NCBI GenBank assembly: GCA_964628885.1
Contig: CAZVMP010000001.1
Span: forward strand, 43,459 to 107,458
Direction: 5' to 3'
From: an uncultured Gammaproteobacteria bacterium
GTDB lineage: Bacteria > Patescibacteriota > Microgenomatia > UBA12405
DNA: 64,000 nucleotides
The translations under genes and the position numbers were made by a program. Below, one piece after another: positions 40,388 through 48,093 of the stretch; position 1 is the stretch's first letter, and each line of letters opens with the position of its first letter. The notes below the pieces were generated by a model, which did no database searches, was not told the origin of the DNA, and worked only from the letters and a program-made list of their open reading frames with translations.

Positions 40388-40431
40388 AAAAATTAAAACA
40401 AGAAATTAGCAATTATCTCAACTTGCCATAT

Positions 40432-40938
40432 ATGACTAATATTATTCATGATGGCAAGATTGTTAAAGAAAGAGTTCTTGGGGGCAAGGGACACTGGAAA
40501 GATATTCAAAAAGAAACCAGAAAAATTGCTGCTTCTCAAAAAATAGATCTAACCAAATTAACTCCTAAAAAACTTTATAATTTTCAAAAAAAACATAAAA
40601 TCGGAATAGACTGTTCTGGACTAGCTACTCAATTACTTATATATTATGGCAATCTTTTAGGGAAAAAAGTTAATCTAATTCCTAGAAAAACTTCAGCTCA
40701 CATGTTAACTTCTCCACCACTAGCAATTAAAATTACTGATAATGATTTAATTCAAACGGGAGATTTGGTTAGACAGAAAAATGGTCATCACCTTCTCTTT
40801 ATAATTGAAAAAGTTGGTAAAACCATTAGTTATGTTGATAGTTCTTTTTGGGGTAGGGGAGTAAAATACGGTCAATTTGACATCACTGATGCTGCTTTTG
40901 ATAACCAAGGAATCTACCGTCTACTTTTCCTCAATTAA
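40432..40938 (+). CDS. NlpC/P60 family peptidase (putative peptidoglycan endopeptidase/amidase)
   Basis: Catalytic Cys motif 'GIDCSGLATQL' and a downstream His ('NGHHLLFII'). Start taken at Met 'MTNIIHDGK'; the ORF track starts at 40333 inside mraY. Confidence 0.6.
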   Translation: MTNIIHDGKIVKERVLGGKGHWKDIQKETRKIAASQKIDLTKLTPKKLYNFQKKHKIGIDCSGLATQLLIYYGNLLGKKVNLIPRKTSAHMLTSPPLAIKITDNDLIQTGDLVRQKNGHHLLFIIEKVGKTISYVDSSFWGRGVKYGQFDITDAAFDNQGIYRLLFLN

Positions 40939-41085
40939 TTCTTTATACTGCAACGGTTCAAGTGACAAAACTTCCACTTCAGTTCCACATTCATCACATT
41001 CCAAAATATCTCCTATCATCATTCCTTCAGATTGTTTAATCTCAGTCTCACAATCAGGACAAATAATTTTAGTTGTTTGTGTCAT
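40921..41085 (-). CDS. LysW-like zinc-ribbon small protein (amino-group carrier protein fold), 54 aa
   Basis: 'CPDCETEIKQSEGMMIGDILECDECGTEVEVLSLEPLQY' aligns along its whole length with LysW 'CPECGAELRLENPELGELVVCEDCGAELEVVGLDPLRL'. The C-terminus is '...LIEEK', not the canonical EDWGE tail. Start taken at the internal Met 'MTQTTK' (the track gives 41121). Confidence 0.5.
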   Translation of the reverse strand: MTQTTKIICPDCETEIKQSEGMMIGDILECDECGTEVEVLSLEPLQYKELIEEK

Positions 41086-41124
41086 AAGTATAAAAAATAT
41101 ATAATAAAGCTTAAGCAACATTAT

Positions 41125-41946
41125 ATGGCAAATACTCCCTTAGTTAAACTAGATAATATCTATTATAAACGTGAAGATAAAAATCCCACCGGTTCCGCTA
41201 AAGATAGAGCTATTCCTATTCAAATTAAAAATCTAAAGAAACAAGGTTACCTGTCTGCAGTTATTTCTAGTACTGGTAATGCCGCCATTTCTGCTGCCCA
41301 TTTTTGTCAACAAAATAAAATTGACTTAACTGTTTTTTTGTCACCCAAAATCAATCATAACAAATTTAACATTCTTAAAAAATATCCATTAGAAATTATT
41401 ATTTCTCCAAAACCAATCAGTGATGCTATTAAATTTGCTAAAACCAATCACGCTTATCTTCTTCGACAGTCAACTGATCCAGCTGCCTTAATTGGATATC
41501 AACAAATTGCCACTGAATTAACCACTCAATTACCTCAAACCACCAGTATTTTTATTCCCATTGGTAGCGGCACCACTCTCCTTGGAATTTCTCAAAAAAT
41601 CTCTAACTCTGTCAAAATCTTTGGATGCCAATCTGTTGCCAATTCGCCTATTAGCCAAACTTTTGACTCTGATTTTGTTCCTGAAACCAGGTTAATTACC
41701 GACGCCCTTTCCGCTAGATTTCTCCCCAACAAAAAAAATATAATTACCGCCATCAATAACTCTAAAGGTTTTTCTTTTTCTATTCAAAATCAAGCCATAA
41801 TCTCTGCTGATAACCATCTTCATCGTCTTGGTATCAACACCTCACTAGAAGGGGCTTTATCTTTTGCTGCCTACCAAAAAGCTATTAAAAATAATTTTTC
41901 TGTTGGTAATTTTCCTGTCATTATTTTAACCGGAGCTAAAAGATAA
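41125..41946 (+). CDS. PLP-dependent enzyme, fold type II, threonine synthase-like (short)
   Basis: 'TPLVKL....YKREDKNPTGSAKDRA' (PLP lysine motif of the ThrC/CysK family), 'STGNAAISAAH', C-terminal 'FPVIILTG'. Start at Met 'MANTPLV'. Confidence 0.7.
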   Translation: MANTPLVKLDNIYYKREDKNPTGSAKDRAIPIQIKNLKKQGYLSAVISSTGNAAISAAHFCQQNKIDLTVFLSPKINHNKFNILKKYPLEIIISPKPISDAIKFAKTNHAYLLRQSTDPAALIGYQQIATELTTQLPQTTSIFIPIGSGTTLLGISQKISNSVKIFGCQSVANSPISQTFDSDFVPETRLITDALSARFLPNKKNIITAINNSKGFSFSIQNQAIISADNHLHRLGINTSLEGALSFAAYQKAIKNNFSVGNFPVIILTGAKR

Positions 41947-41948
41947 CT

Positions 41949-43124
41949 ATGGATTTATTTAAAATAATTAACCAATCAAATTATATTTTTTATTTCTTAG
42001 TTGTTGACAACTTTCTAGATATTCAACTACCTCAACTAAAAAATTTTCATCTCATTTATGCTTTTAAAAGTCCAATCTTTGATGCTCTCAAAAAAAACCA
42101 CTTACCTTATTTTTGTCTTGAAGAAGAAAATGTTGCTCTTTCTCAAAAAAATACTGGCCGTCTTTTATCTTCACCCCAAGTTATTGAATACATCAATTCT
42201 ACTTCTGCTAATAAAATCCCGGTTATAATTCCTTTTAAACCATCAGCTAAAGTAGAAATACTTTGTCGTAAACACAACTGGGTATTTGCTGCTGTTTCAC
42301 CCCAAATTAATCGATTCCTCGAAGATAAAAACCAATTTTTTAACTTTTGTCAAACTAATCATCTTCCAACAATTACTGGTTCTGTTGATAAATTTAATCA
42401 ATCAAATTTTGAAAAATACCAGCATCAATTTGGCCAAAAACTAGTTATTCAAACTCATTTTGGCTGGGCTGGTAACAGTACTTATTTTGCCCAAAACTGG
42501 CATGACCTCTCTAATAAAATTCCTCTCCAAACCATAGTAAAATTTTCTCCTCTTTTAGAAGGTTATTCTCTTCTAAATAATTGCTGTCTCACTTCATCAG
42601 GACTTATTCAAAGCCCTCCCGCCCTTCAATACACCGGTCTTAAAAACCTGACTAAAAACCCTTTTACTACTGTTGGCCGTCAATGGCCATCCATGGCTCC
42701 CGACCATATTAATCAGCAAGTTATTAAAATAACCAAAAAATTTAGCCAATTAATAAATGATCTCGGTTACCGTGGTTTTTTTGGCCTGGATTTCTTTGTT
42801 AGCCAAGACTCAGTCTATCTACTAGAATGTAATCCCAGATTAACAGCCTCCTTTGCTTTTTACACCGATATAGAAATTCAGCAATCTCTTAATCCTTTAT
42901 TCCTTTTTCACCTAGCCGAATTTATTAACATTAAAACTAATCTTAATACTAATTCTCATCAACAATTAATTAATTGTGCCAAAATTATTGGTTCTGAAGT
43001 AACTCTAAAAAATAAGCACAGCCAAACTATTAAAAAATATCACGACTTTACTGCTTTTAGTCAATCAGTTAATCCTGTTGTTATTCCTCGTCGCATCATC
43101 AACCTGCTCCATGAAACAGACTAA
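41949..43124 (+). CDS. ATP-grasp family ligase (Ddl-like or RimK/LysX-like; subfamily unresolved)
   Basis: 'QKLVIQTHFGWAGNSTYF' (ATP-binding strand) and 'GFFGLDFFVSQDSVYLLECNPRLTAS' (the E.N.R ATP-grasp C-terminal motif). Confidence 0.6.
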   Translation: MDLFKIINQSNYIFYFLVVDNFLDIQLPQLKNFHLIYAFKSPIFDALKKNHLPYFCLEEENVALSQKNTGRLLSSPQVIEYINSTSANKIPVIIPFKPSAKVEILCRKHNWVFAAVSPQINRFLEDKNQFFNFCQTNHLPTITGSVDKFNQSNFEKYQHQFGQKLVIQTHFGWAGNSTYFAQNWHDLSNKIPLQTIVKFSPLLEGYSLLNNCCLTSSGLIQSPPALQYTGLKNLTKNPFTTVGRQWPSMAPDHINQQVIKITKKFSQLINDLGYRGFFGLDFFVSQDSVYLLECNPRLTASFAFYTDIEIQQSLNPLFLFHLAEFINIKTNLNTNSHQQLINCAKIIGSEVTLKNKHSQTIKKYHDFTAFSQSVNPVVIPRRIINLLHETD

Positions 43125-44289
43125 ATCTCCGTTACTTCCACTAATATTTTCCCTTATCAGTATCGGAATTATTTTTATTTCTATTTCTTCTCTTACTGAA
43201 GCTAATACCACCACCGGTGATAAATTTTATTTTCTTAGAAAACAGTTTTTTTGGTTATTTATAAGTTTTACCGCTTTTTATATCACCTCAAAAATTAATC
43301 TAAAACTAATTAAAAAACTTTCACCAATCATTTATTTTACCTCTATCGTCGGGTTAATTTTAGTTTTAATTCCTGGGCTCAGCAACCAAACTCTTGGGGC
43401 CAGACGTTGGCTCAATCTTGGCCCACTTAGTTTCCAACCTTCAGAACTTCTTAAATTAACTTCTGTTATTTATTTTTCTTACTTATTTGCTCAACAATCA
43501 AAGCGCAGTTTAATTCATCTTATTATTCACCTTTCAATTCCCTTCATCCTTATAATCTTAGAACCTAACTTAAGCACCGCTATTCTTGTTTCTGCCATCA
43601 TTATTACTATTTTTTATCTAGCCGGAGGCAAGGTTATTCCTTTACTTTTCTTATGTTTAGCCTTAATTGGACTCTCATTTATTTTAGTCATTAATTCTCC
43701 TTACCGCGCCGCCCGATTTCAAACATTTCTTAACCCAGAACAAGATGTTCAAACCATCTCTTATCATAACAGTCAGATTATTCTGTCTCTTTCTTCTGGC
43801 GGCTTATTTGGTAAAGGTTTTGCTAACTCAGATCAAAAATACCGATTTTTACCTAAAATATCAACCGACTCTATCTTAGCCATCATTAGTGAAGAAACCG
43901 GATTCTTGGGCACACTTATCGTTATAATGCTCTATATTCTTTTATTGTCTTATCTAATTAAAACCGCATCGATAATCTCTGATGTTTTTCCTTCATTATT
44001 ACTTTCTGGAGTTGCCTGCTGGATCGGTTATCAATGTCTTATTAATATCTCCGCCATTGCCAATATTATTCCACTCACTGGAGTCCCTCTACCTTTTATT
44101 TCCTATGGAGGATCATCATTATTAACTCTAATGATTGCCATCGGATTAGTACGTAATGTCGAAAAAACCCATTCATTATTGATATACTCTGATAATGATC
44201 AAAGAGAGAAAAAAGATTATTATCACCGGCACTCATCTTACCCCCGCCATCGAACTAATTCGTCAACTCGAGTCAGACCCAAAAAATAA
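43111..44289 (+). CDS. ftsW: SEDS family peptidoglycan glycosyltransferase, FtsW
   Basis: About 10 TM helices and 'RRWLNLGPLSFQPSELLKL' (SEDS signature); located upstream of murG. Start taken at Met 'MKQTKS'. The C-terminal tail overlaps murG by 95 nt. Confidence 0.8.
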   Translation: MKQTKSPLLPLIFSLISIGIIFISISSLTEANTTTGDKFYFLRKQFFWLFISFTAFYITSKINLKLIKKLSPIIYFTSIVGLILVLIPGLSNQTLGARRWLNLGPLSFQPSELLKLTSVIYFSYLFAQQSKRSLIHLIIHLSIPFILIILEPNLSTAILVSAIIITIFYLAGGKVIPLLFLCLALIGLSFILVINSPYRAARFQTFLNPEQDVQTISYHNSQIILSLSSGGLFGKGFANSDQKYRFLPKISTDSILAIISEETGFLGTLIVIMLYILLLSYLIKTASIISDVFPSLLLSGVACWIGYQCLINISAIANIIPLTGVPLPFISYGGSSLLTLMIAIGLVRNVEKTHSLLIYSDNDQREKKDYYHRHSSYPRHRTNSSTRVRPKK

Positions 44290-45292
44290 CTGGCAAATAG
44301 ACTATATTGGTCGTAAATCAAATTCAAATGATATCAACGATAGCTCTATTGAATCAAAAATAATTCCTAATCTTGGTATTAAATTTCATGCCATTAATTG
44401 TGGCAAACTTGATCGTCGTTATCTTCCTAATACCATTATTGGTATTTTCCAAACCATTCTTGGCTTCATTCAATCACACCGTCTCATAAAAAAAATTAAT
44501 CCCCATATTGTAGTTTCTTTTGGTGGATATGTTTCTGTTCCCGTCATTATTAATGCTAGTCTTAAAAGAATAAAAACTATTACTCATGAACAAACCCTCA
44601 CCAACAGTCTAACTACTAAAATTAATAGCCGCTTCGTCACTAAAATTGCCCTTTCATTTAAAAATCATCGTCAAATTAAAGAATTACCCTTATCAAAAAT
44701 TGTTGTTACTGGAAATCTTCTACGACACCAATTATTCCAACCAACTCCAAAACCACCTCAAAATATCAACTTTAAACAAAAAAACTCTCCCATAATTTAT
44801 ATTACTGCCGGCAATCAAGGTTCTCACAGTATTAACCTTTGCTTAAAATCAATATTACCTCTACTTAAAAAGTATAATATAATCCATCAAACAGGCAAAA
44901 ATGATCTTAATTCTTTCAAAAAATTAAGTCAAAAATATTCTAATTATTTTTCTTCTGACTATTTTTCAACCCAAGATTTTGCTTGGATTATTAAATCTGC
45001 CGACACTATCATTGGACGTTCTGGAGCTAATACTAGTCAGGAAATTGTTGCCTTTTCTAAAAAATCAATTTTAATTCCATTACCTAAAAGCCAACAAAAT
45101 GAACAACTTCTCAATGCCTTTTGGGTAAAAGAAAAACTAAAACAATACACCATAATTATTAATCAAAATGACCTTACCTCCAAAAGATTGTTAGCTGCTA
45201 TCGAAAAACTATCTGATATTCAAAACATTCCCAGAAAATATAAAAACAAACCAAATCTAAAACTTATAAATCTAATCCATGAAATTATTTAA
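44195..45292 (+). CDS. murG: UDP-N-acetylglucosamine--N-acetylmuramyl-(pentapeptide) pyrophosphoryl-undecaprenol GlcNAc transferase-like (MurG family, divergent N-terminus)
   Basis: GT-B (GT28) layout. C-terminal 'GRSGANTSQEIVAFSKKSILIPLP' resembles MurG. The N-terminal 'KIIITGTH' stands in place of the usual GGTGGH. Confidence 0.7.
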   Translation: MIKERKKIIITGTHLTPAIELIRQLESDPKNNWQIDYIGRKSNSNDINDSSIESKIIPNLGIKFHAINCGKLDRRYLPNTIIGIFQTILGFIQSHRLIKKINPHIVVSFGGYVSVPVIINASLKRIKTITHEQTLTNSLTTKINSRFVTKIALSFKNHRQIKELPLSKIVVTGNLLRHQLFQPTPKPPQNINFKQKNSPIIYITAGNQGSHSINLCLKSILPLLKKYNIIHQTGKNDLNSFKKLSQKYSNYFSSDYFSTQDFAWIIKSADTIIGRSGANTSQEIVAFSKKSILIPLPKSQQNEQLLNAFWVKEKLKQYTIIINQNDLTSKRLLAAIEKLSDIQNIPRKYKNKPNLKLINLIHEII

Positions 45293-45656
45293 ACTTGCTA
45301 CTATTCTATTTTTTTTAGGAACTATTTCTCTTGTTACCGCCACTAATTTTCACTCAAAAGAAAATTTTAGTCCTATTGCTCAACAAACTAGTTTCTATCA
45401 AAAACTTGATTTAGCCCTCAAAACCAGTAATATGGAGACTTCATCAATAGAAATTAGAGACTTTAACCATCAAGTTGAGTTTTATATCCAATCTCAAAAC
45501 GAACCTATTAAAATAATTTTATCAGATCAAAAAGACCCGTTTTGGCAGATTTCTTCTTTGCAACAATTACTAAAAACCGTTAAAATGAATCAACAGCCAT
45601 TAAAGCTTGTTGACTTAAGCGCTGCTCAACCTTATGCCACATTTAAAAATAATTAG
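45279..45656 (+). CDS. Small bitopic protein in the FtsQ/DivIB position (FtsQ-like)
   Basis: 125 aa, N-terminal TM helix, located between murG and ftsA; no POTRA motif recognisable. Confidence 0.4.
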   Translation: MKLFKLATILFFLGTISLVTATNFHSKENFSPIAQQTSFYQKLDLALKTSNMETSSIEIRDFNHQVEFYIQSQNEPIKIILSDQKDPFWQISSLQQLLKTVKMNQQPLKLVDLSAAQPYATFKNN

Positions 45657-46881
45657 CGGTATCGACATTGGTACCTCAAAAATAACTACTATTATTGGTC
45701 AATATTCTGACACCGAAGACAAGTTTAATATTATTGCTGTTTCCTCAAAACCTTCACTTGGATTCCGTAAGGGTCAAATTGTTAATCTTGAACAAGCAAC
45801 TTCAACCATTGTTCAAAGCATTGAATCTGCTGAAAGAATGGCTGGATTTCAAATAAATTCTGCTTCTATATGTTTATCAGCCCCATATATCGAATCAATT
45901 AATTCACAAGGAGTCGTTGCTATTAGTAATCCAAATGGAGAAATCGACCAAAATGATATTGACCGAGTAATTGAAGCCGCTAAAGCAGTCGCCATTCCTA
46001 ATGGAAAAGAAATTATTCATATCATTCCAATTCGCTATACCGTCGACGGTCAAGAAGGAGTCATTGATCCAATTGGAATGAATGGTGTCCGTCTTGAAGT
46101 TGAGTCTCATATTATTATTGCTTCTACTCCTTCCCTTAAAAATCTTAAAAAGTGTTTAGAAGATGTTGGTATTAAAATTGATCAGCTAGTTTACTCTGGA
46201 TTAGCTACTGCTAAATCAACTCTCACTGAAACAGAAAAAGAACTCGGAGTTGCTCTAGTTGATATTGGTGGTAGTAACACCACTATTACTATTTTTAACG
46301 AAGGTTCTCCAGTATTTTCATCTGTTGTTCCTGTTGGTGGTAGTAATGTCACCAACGACCTAGCTATCGGACTCCGATTTTCTCTTGAAGATGCCGAAAA
46401 AATAAAATTAAGACTTACTAAAGTTAGTGAATCAAAAAAATTTGAAGATGAAGTTGAGTTATCTACCTTTGGACTTCAAGCTGAAGATAAAAGAAAAATA
46501 TCTCTTAGAACAGCTATCAACGGAATTATCAACCCTCGACTCGAAGAATTGTTTCATCTTATCTACGCCAAAATAGAAGAAAGCGGTTTTCACCAAACCA
46601 TTCCTGCTGGAATTGTTTTGACTGGAGGCGGGGCTCAAACCACCAACCTTAAAGAAGTTTGTGAAAAAGTTATCCCTCTACCATTACGCATTGCCAGCCC
46701 GCCAAAAGTTGGAGGAATCATTGATGATATTATTAATCCAGCTTACAGTAGCTCTATTGGTCTACTTATGTTTATTAACGATGCTAAAAAAGTCCCTCCC
46801 TCATCAGTTAAGAAACCTAAAATACAAATTGGGAGTATCTTTGGAAAAATTAAAAAATTAATTGAACCTTTAATGCCTTAA
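45634..46881 (+). CDS. ftsA: Cell division protein FtsA
   Basis: Actin-like ATPase: 'IISGIDIGTSKITTIIGQ', 'VDIGGSNTTITIF', 'GIVLTGGGAQTTNLKE'. Confidence 0.85.
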   Translation: MPHLKIISGIDIGTSKITTIIGQYSDTEDKFNIIAVSSKPSLGFRKGQIVNLEQATSTIVQSIESAERMAGFQINSASICLSAPYIESINSQGVVAISNPNGEIDQNDIDRVIEAAKAVAIPNGKEIIHIIPIRYTVDGQEGVIDPIGMNGVRLEVESHIIIASTPSLKNLKKCLEDVGIKIDQLVYSGLATAKSTLTETEKELGVALVDIGGSNTTITIFNEGSPVFSSVVPVGGSNVTNDLAIGLRFSLEDAEKIKLRLTKVSESKKFEDEVELSTFGLQAEDKRKISLRTAINGIINPRLEELFHLIYAKIEESGFHQTIPAGIVLTGGGAQTTNLKEVCEKVIPLPLRIASPPKVGGIIDDIINPAYSSSIGLLMFINDAKKVPPSSVKKPKIQIGSIFGKIKKLIEPLMP

Positions 46882-46882
46882 T

Positions 46883-48046
46883 ATGGCTCTGATTAAAACT
46901 CTTGCTGGACAATTTGCCAAAATTAAAGTCATCGGTATCGGTGGCGGAGGTAATAATGCTATTAATTCCATGATTGATGAGGATAGTATTAAAGGTGTTG
47001 ATTTTATTGCCATCAATACCGATTCTCAAGCCCTACTTAATTCTCAAGCTTCCATAAAAATCCAAATTGGAGAAAAATTAACTAAAGGTCTCGGGGCTGG
47101 AGGAAATCCTCAAATGGGACAAAAAGCTGCTGAAGAATCAAAAGAAAGAATTAAGGAAATGTTGGTCGGTACTGACATGGTCTTTATTACCGGTGGTATG
47201 GGCGGTGGCACTTGTACTGGGGCTGCCCCAATTATTGCCGAAATTGCCAAAAAAGAACTAGGAATTCTCACTATTGCTGTGGTTACAAAACCTTTTCTAT
47301 TTGAAGGTACTCGGCGAATGACCAATGCCGAAGAGGGAGTTTCTCAACTAAGAAATAATGTCGACACTCTCATTGTTATTCCTAATCAAAAAGTTATGGA
47401 AGTTGTTAATGATAAAGCTACCTTACTTGAAGCCTTTAAAATTGCTGATTCTGTTCTCAACAAAGGCACTAAAGCTATCGCCGATTTAATTACTGTCCCT
47501 GGACTTATTAACCTTGATTTTGCTGACATTAAATCAGTTATGAGTAATGCCGGCTCTGCTCTTATGGGAGTTGGAGAGGCTGATGGTGAAGATCGAGCCA
47601 GAAAAGCAGTTGAAGCCGCGGTGGAATCACCATTAGTAGAAGCCACTATCGAAGGGGCTAGGGGGGTCTTAATTAATGTTACTGGAGGATCTGACCTAAC
47701 CATGTCTGAAATTGAAGAATCAGCCAAAAATATTACTCAAAGAGCTGCTCCCGACGCTAATATCATCTTTGGTGCCACTATTGATCCTGAACTAAAAGGA
47801 AAAATAAAAATTTCTGTCATTGCCACTGGATTTGACACCACTAAAGCTGGATTTTACCAAGCCATCAAAAAAACTCCTCCAATAGTTGAATCAAACCCTC
47901 TCCCTCAAACTAAAACTGATGATTCTGAACCTAAACCAATTGATGACAAGGAGATAGAAAAATTTTTAGGAGATAAAGATATTCCAGTCGGAATTGATAT
48001 TGTCGATGAATTTGATATCCCTGCTTTTCTCAGGAAAAAGGGTTAA
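46883..48046 (+). CDS. ftsZ: Cell division protein FtsZ
   Basis: '[15 protein letters not shown]', tubulin signature '[16 protein letters not shown]', and a C-terminal acidic tail with 'DIPAFLRKK'. Confidence 0.95.
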   Translation: MALIKTLAGQFAKIKVIGIGGGGNNAINSMIDEDSIKGVDFIAINTDSQALLNSQASIKIQIGEKLTKGLGAGGNPQMGQKAAEESKERIKEMLVGTDMVFITGGMGGGTCTGAAPIIAEIAKKELGILTIAVVTKPFLFEGTRRMTNAEEGVSQLRNNVDTLIVIPNQKVMEVVNDKATLLEAFKIADSVLNKGTKAIADLITVPGLINLDFADIKSVMSNAGSALMGVGEADGEDRARKAVEAAVESPLVEATIEGARGVLINVTGGSDLTMSEIEESAKNITQRAAPDANIIFGATIDPELKGKIKISVIATGFDTTKAGFYQAIKKTPPIVESNPLPQTKTDDSEPKPIDDKEIEKFLGDKDIPVGIDIVDEFDIPAFLRKKG

Positions 48047-48093
48047 ATTTACTCAACCGCACTTTTGTTATATAATCATCTCTTAAACAACCT

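Noticed and set aside
40333-40431. Upstream extension of the NlpC/P60 ORF into mraY
   Set aside because: The extension overlaps the mraY C-terminus in another frame. The internal Met at 40432 immediately after the mraY stop gives a conventional gene arrangement.
41086-41121. Twelve-codon N-terminal extension of the LysW-like ORF
   Set aside because: The extension places its start 3 nt from the divergent PLP-enzyme start and translates AT-rich promoter-like sequence. The internal Met gives the canonical 54-aa LysW length.
47110-47727. Two minus-strand ORFs (71 and 113 aa) inside ftsZ
   Set aside because: They are antisense to a highly conserved gene. The Ala/Ser/Pro-rich translations are typical of antisense frames of Gly/Ala-rich coding sequence.
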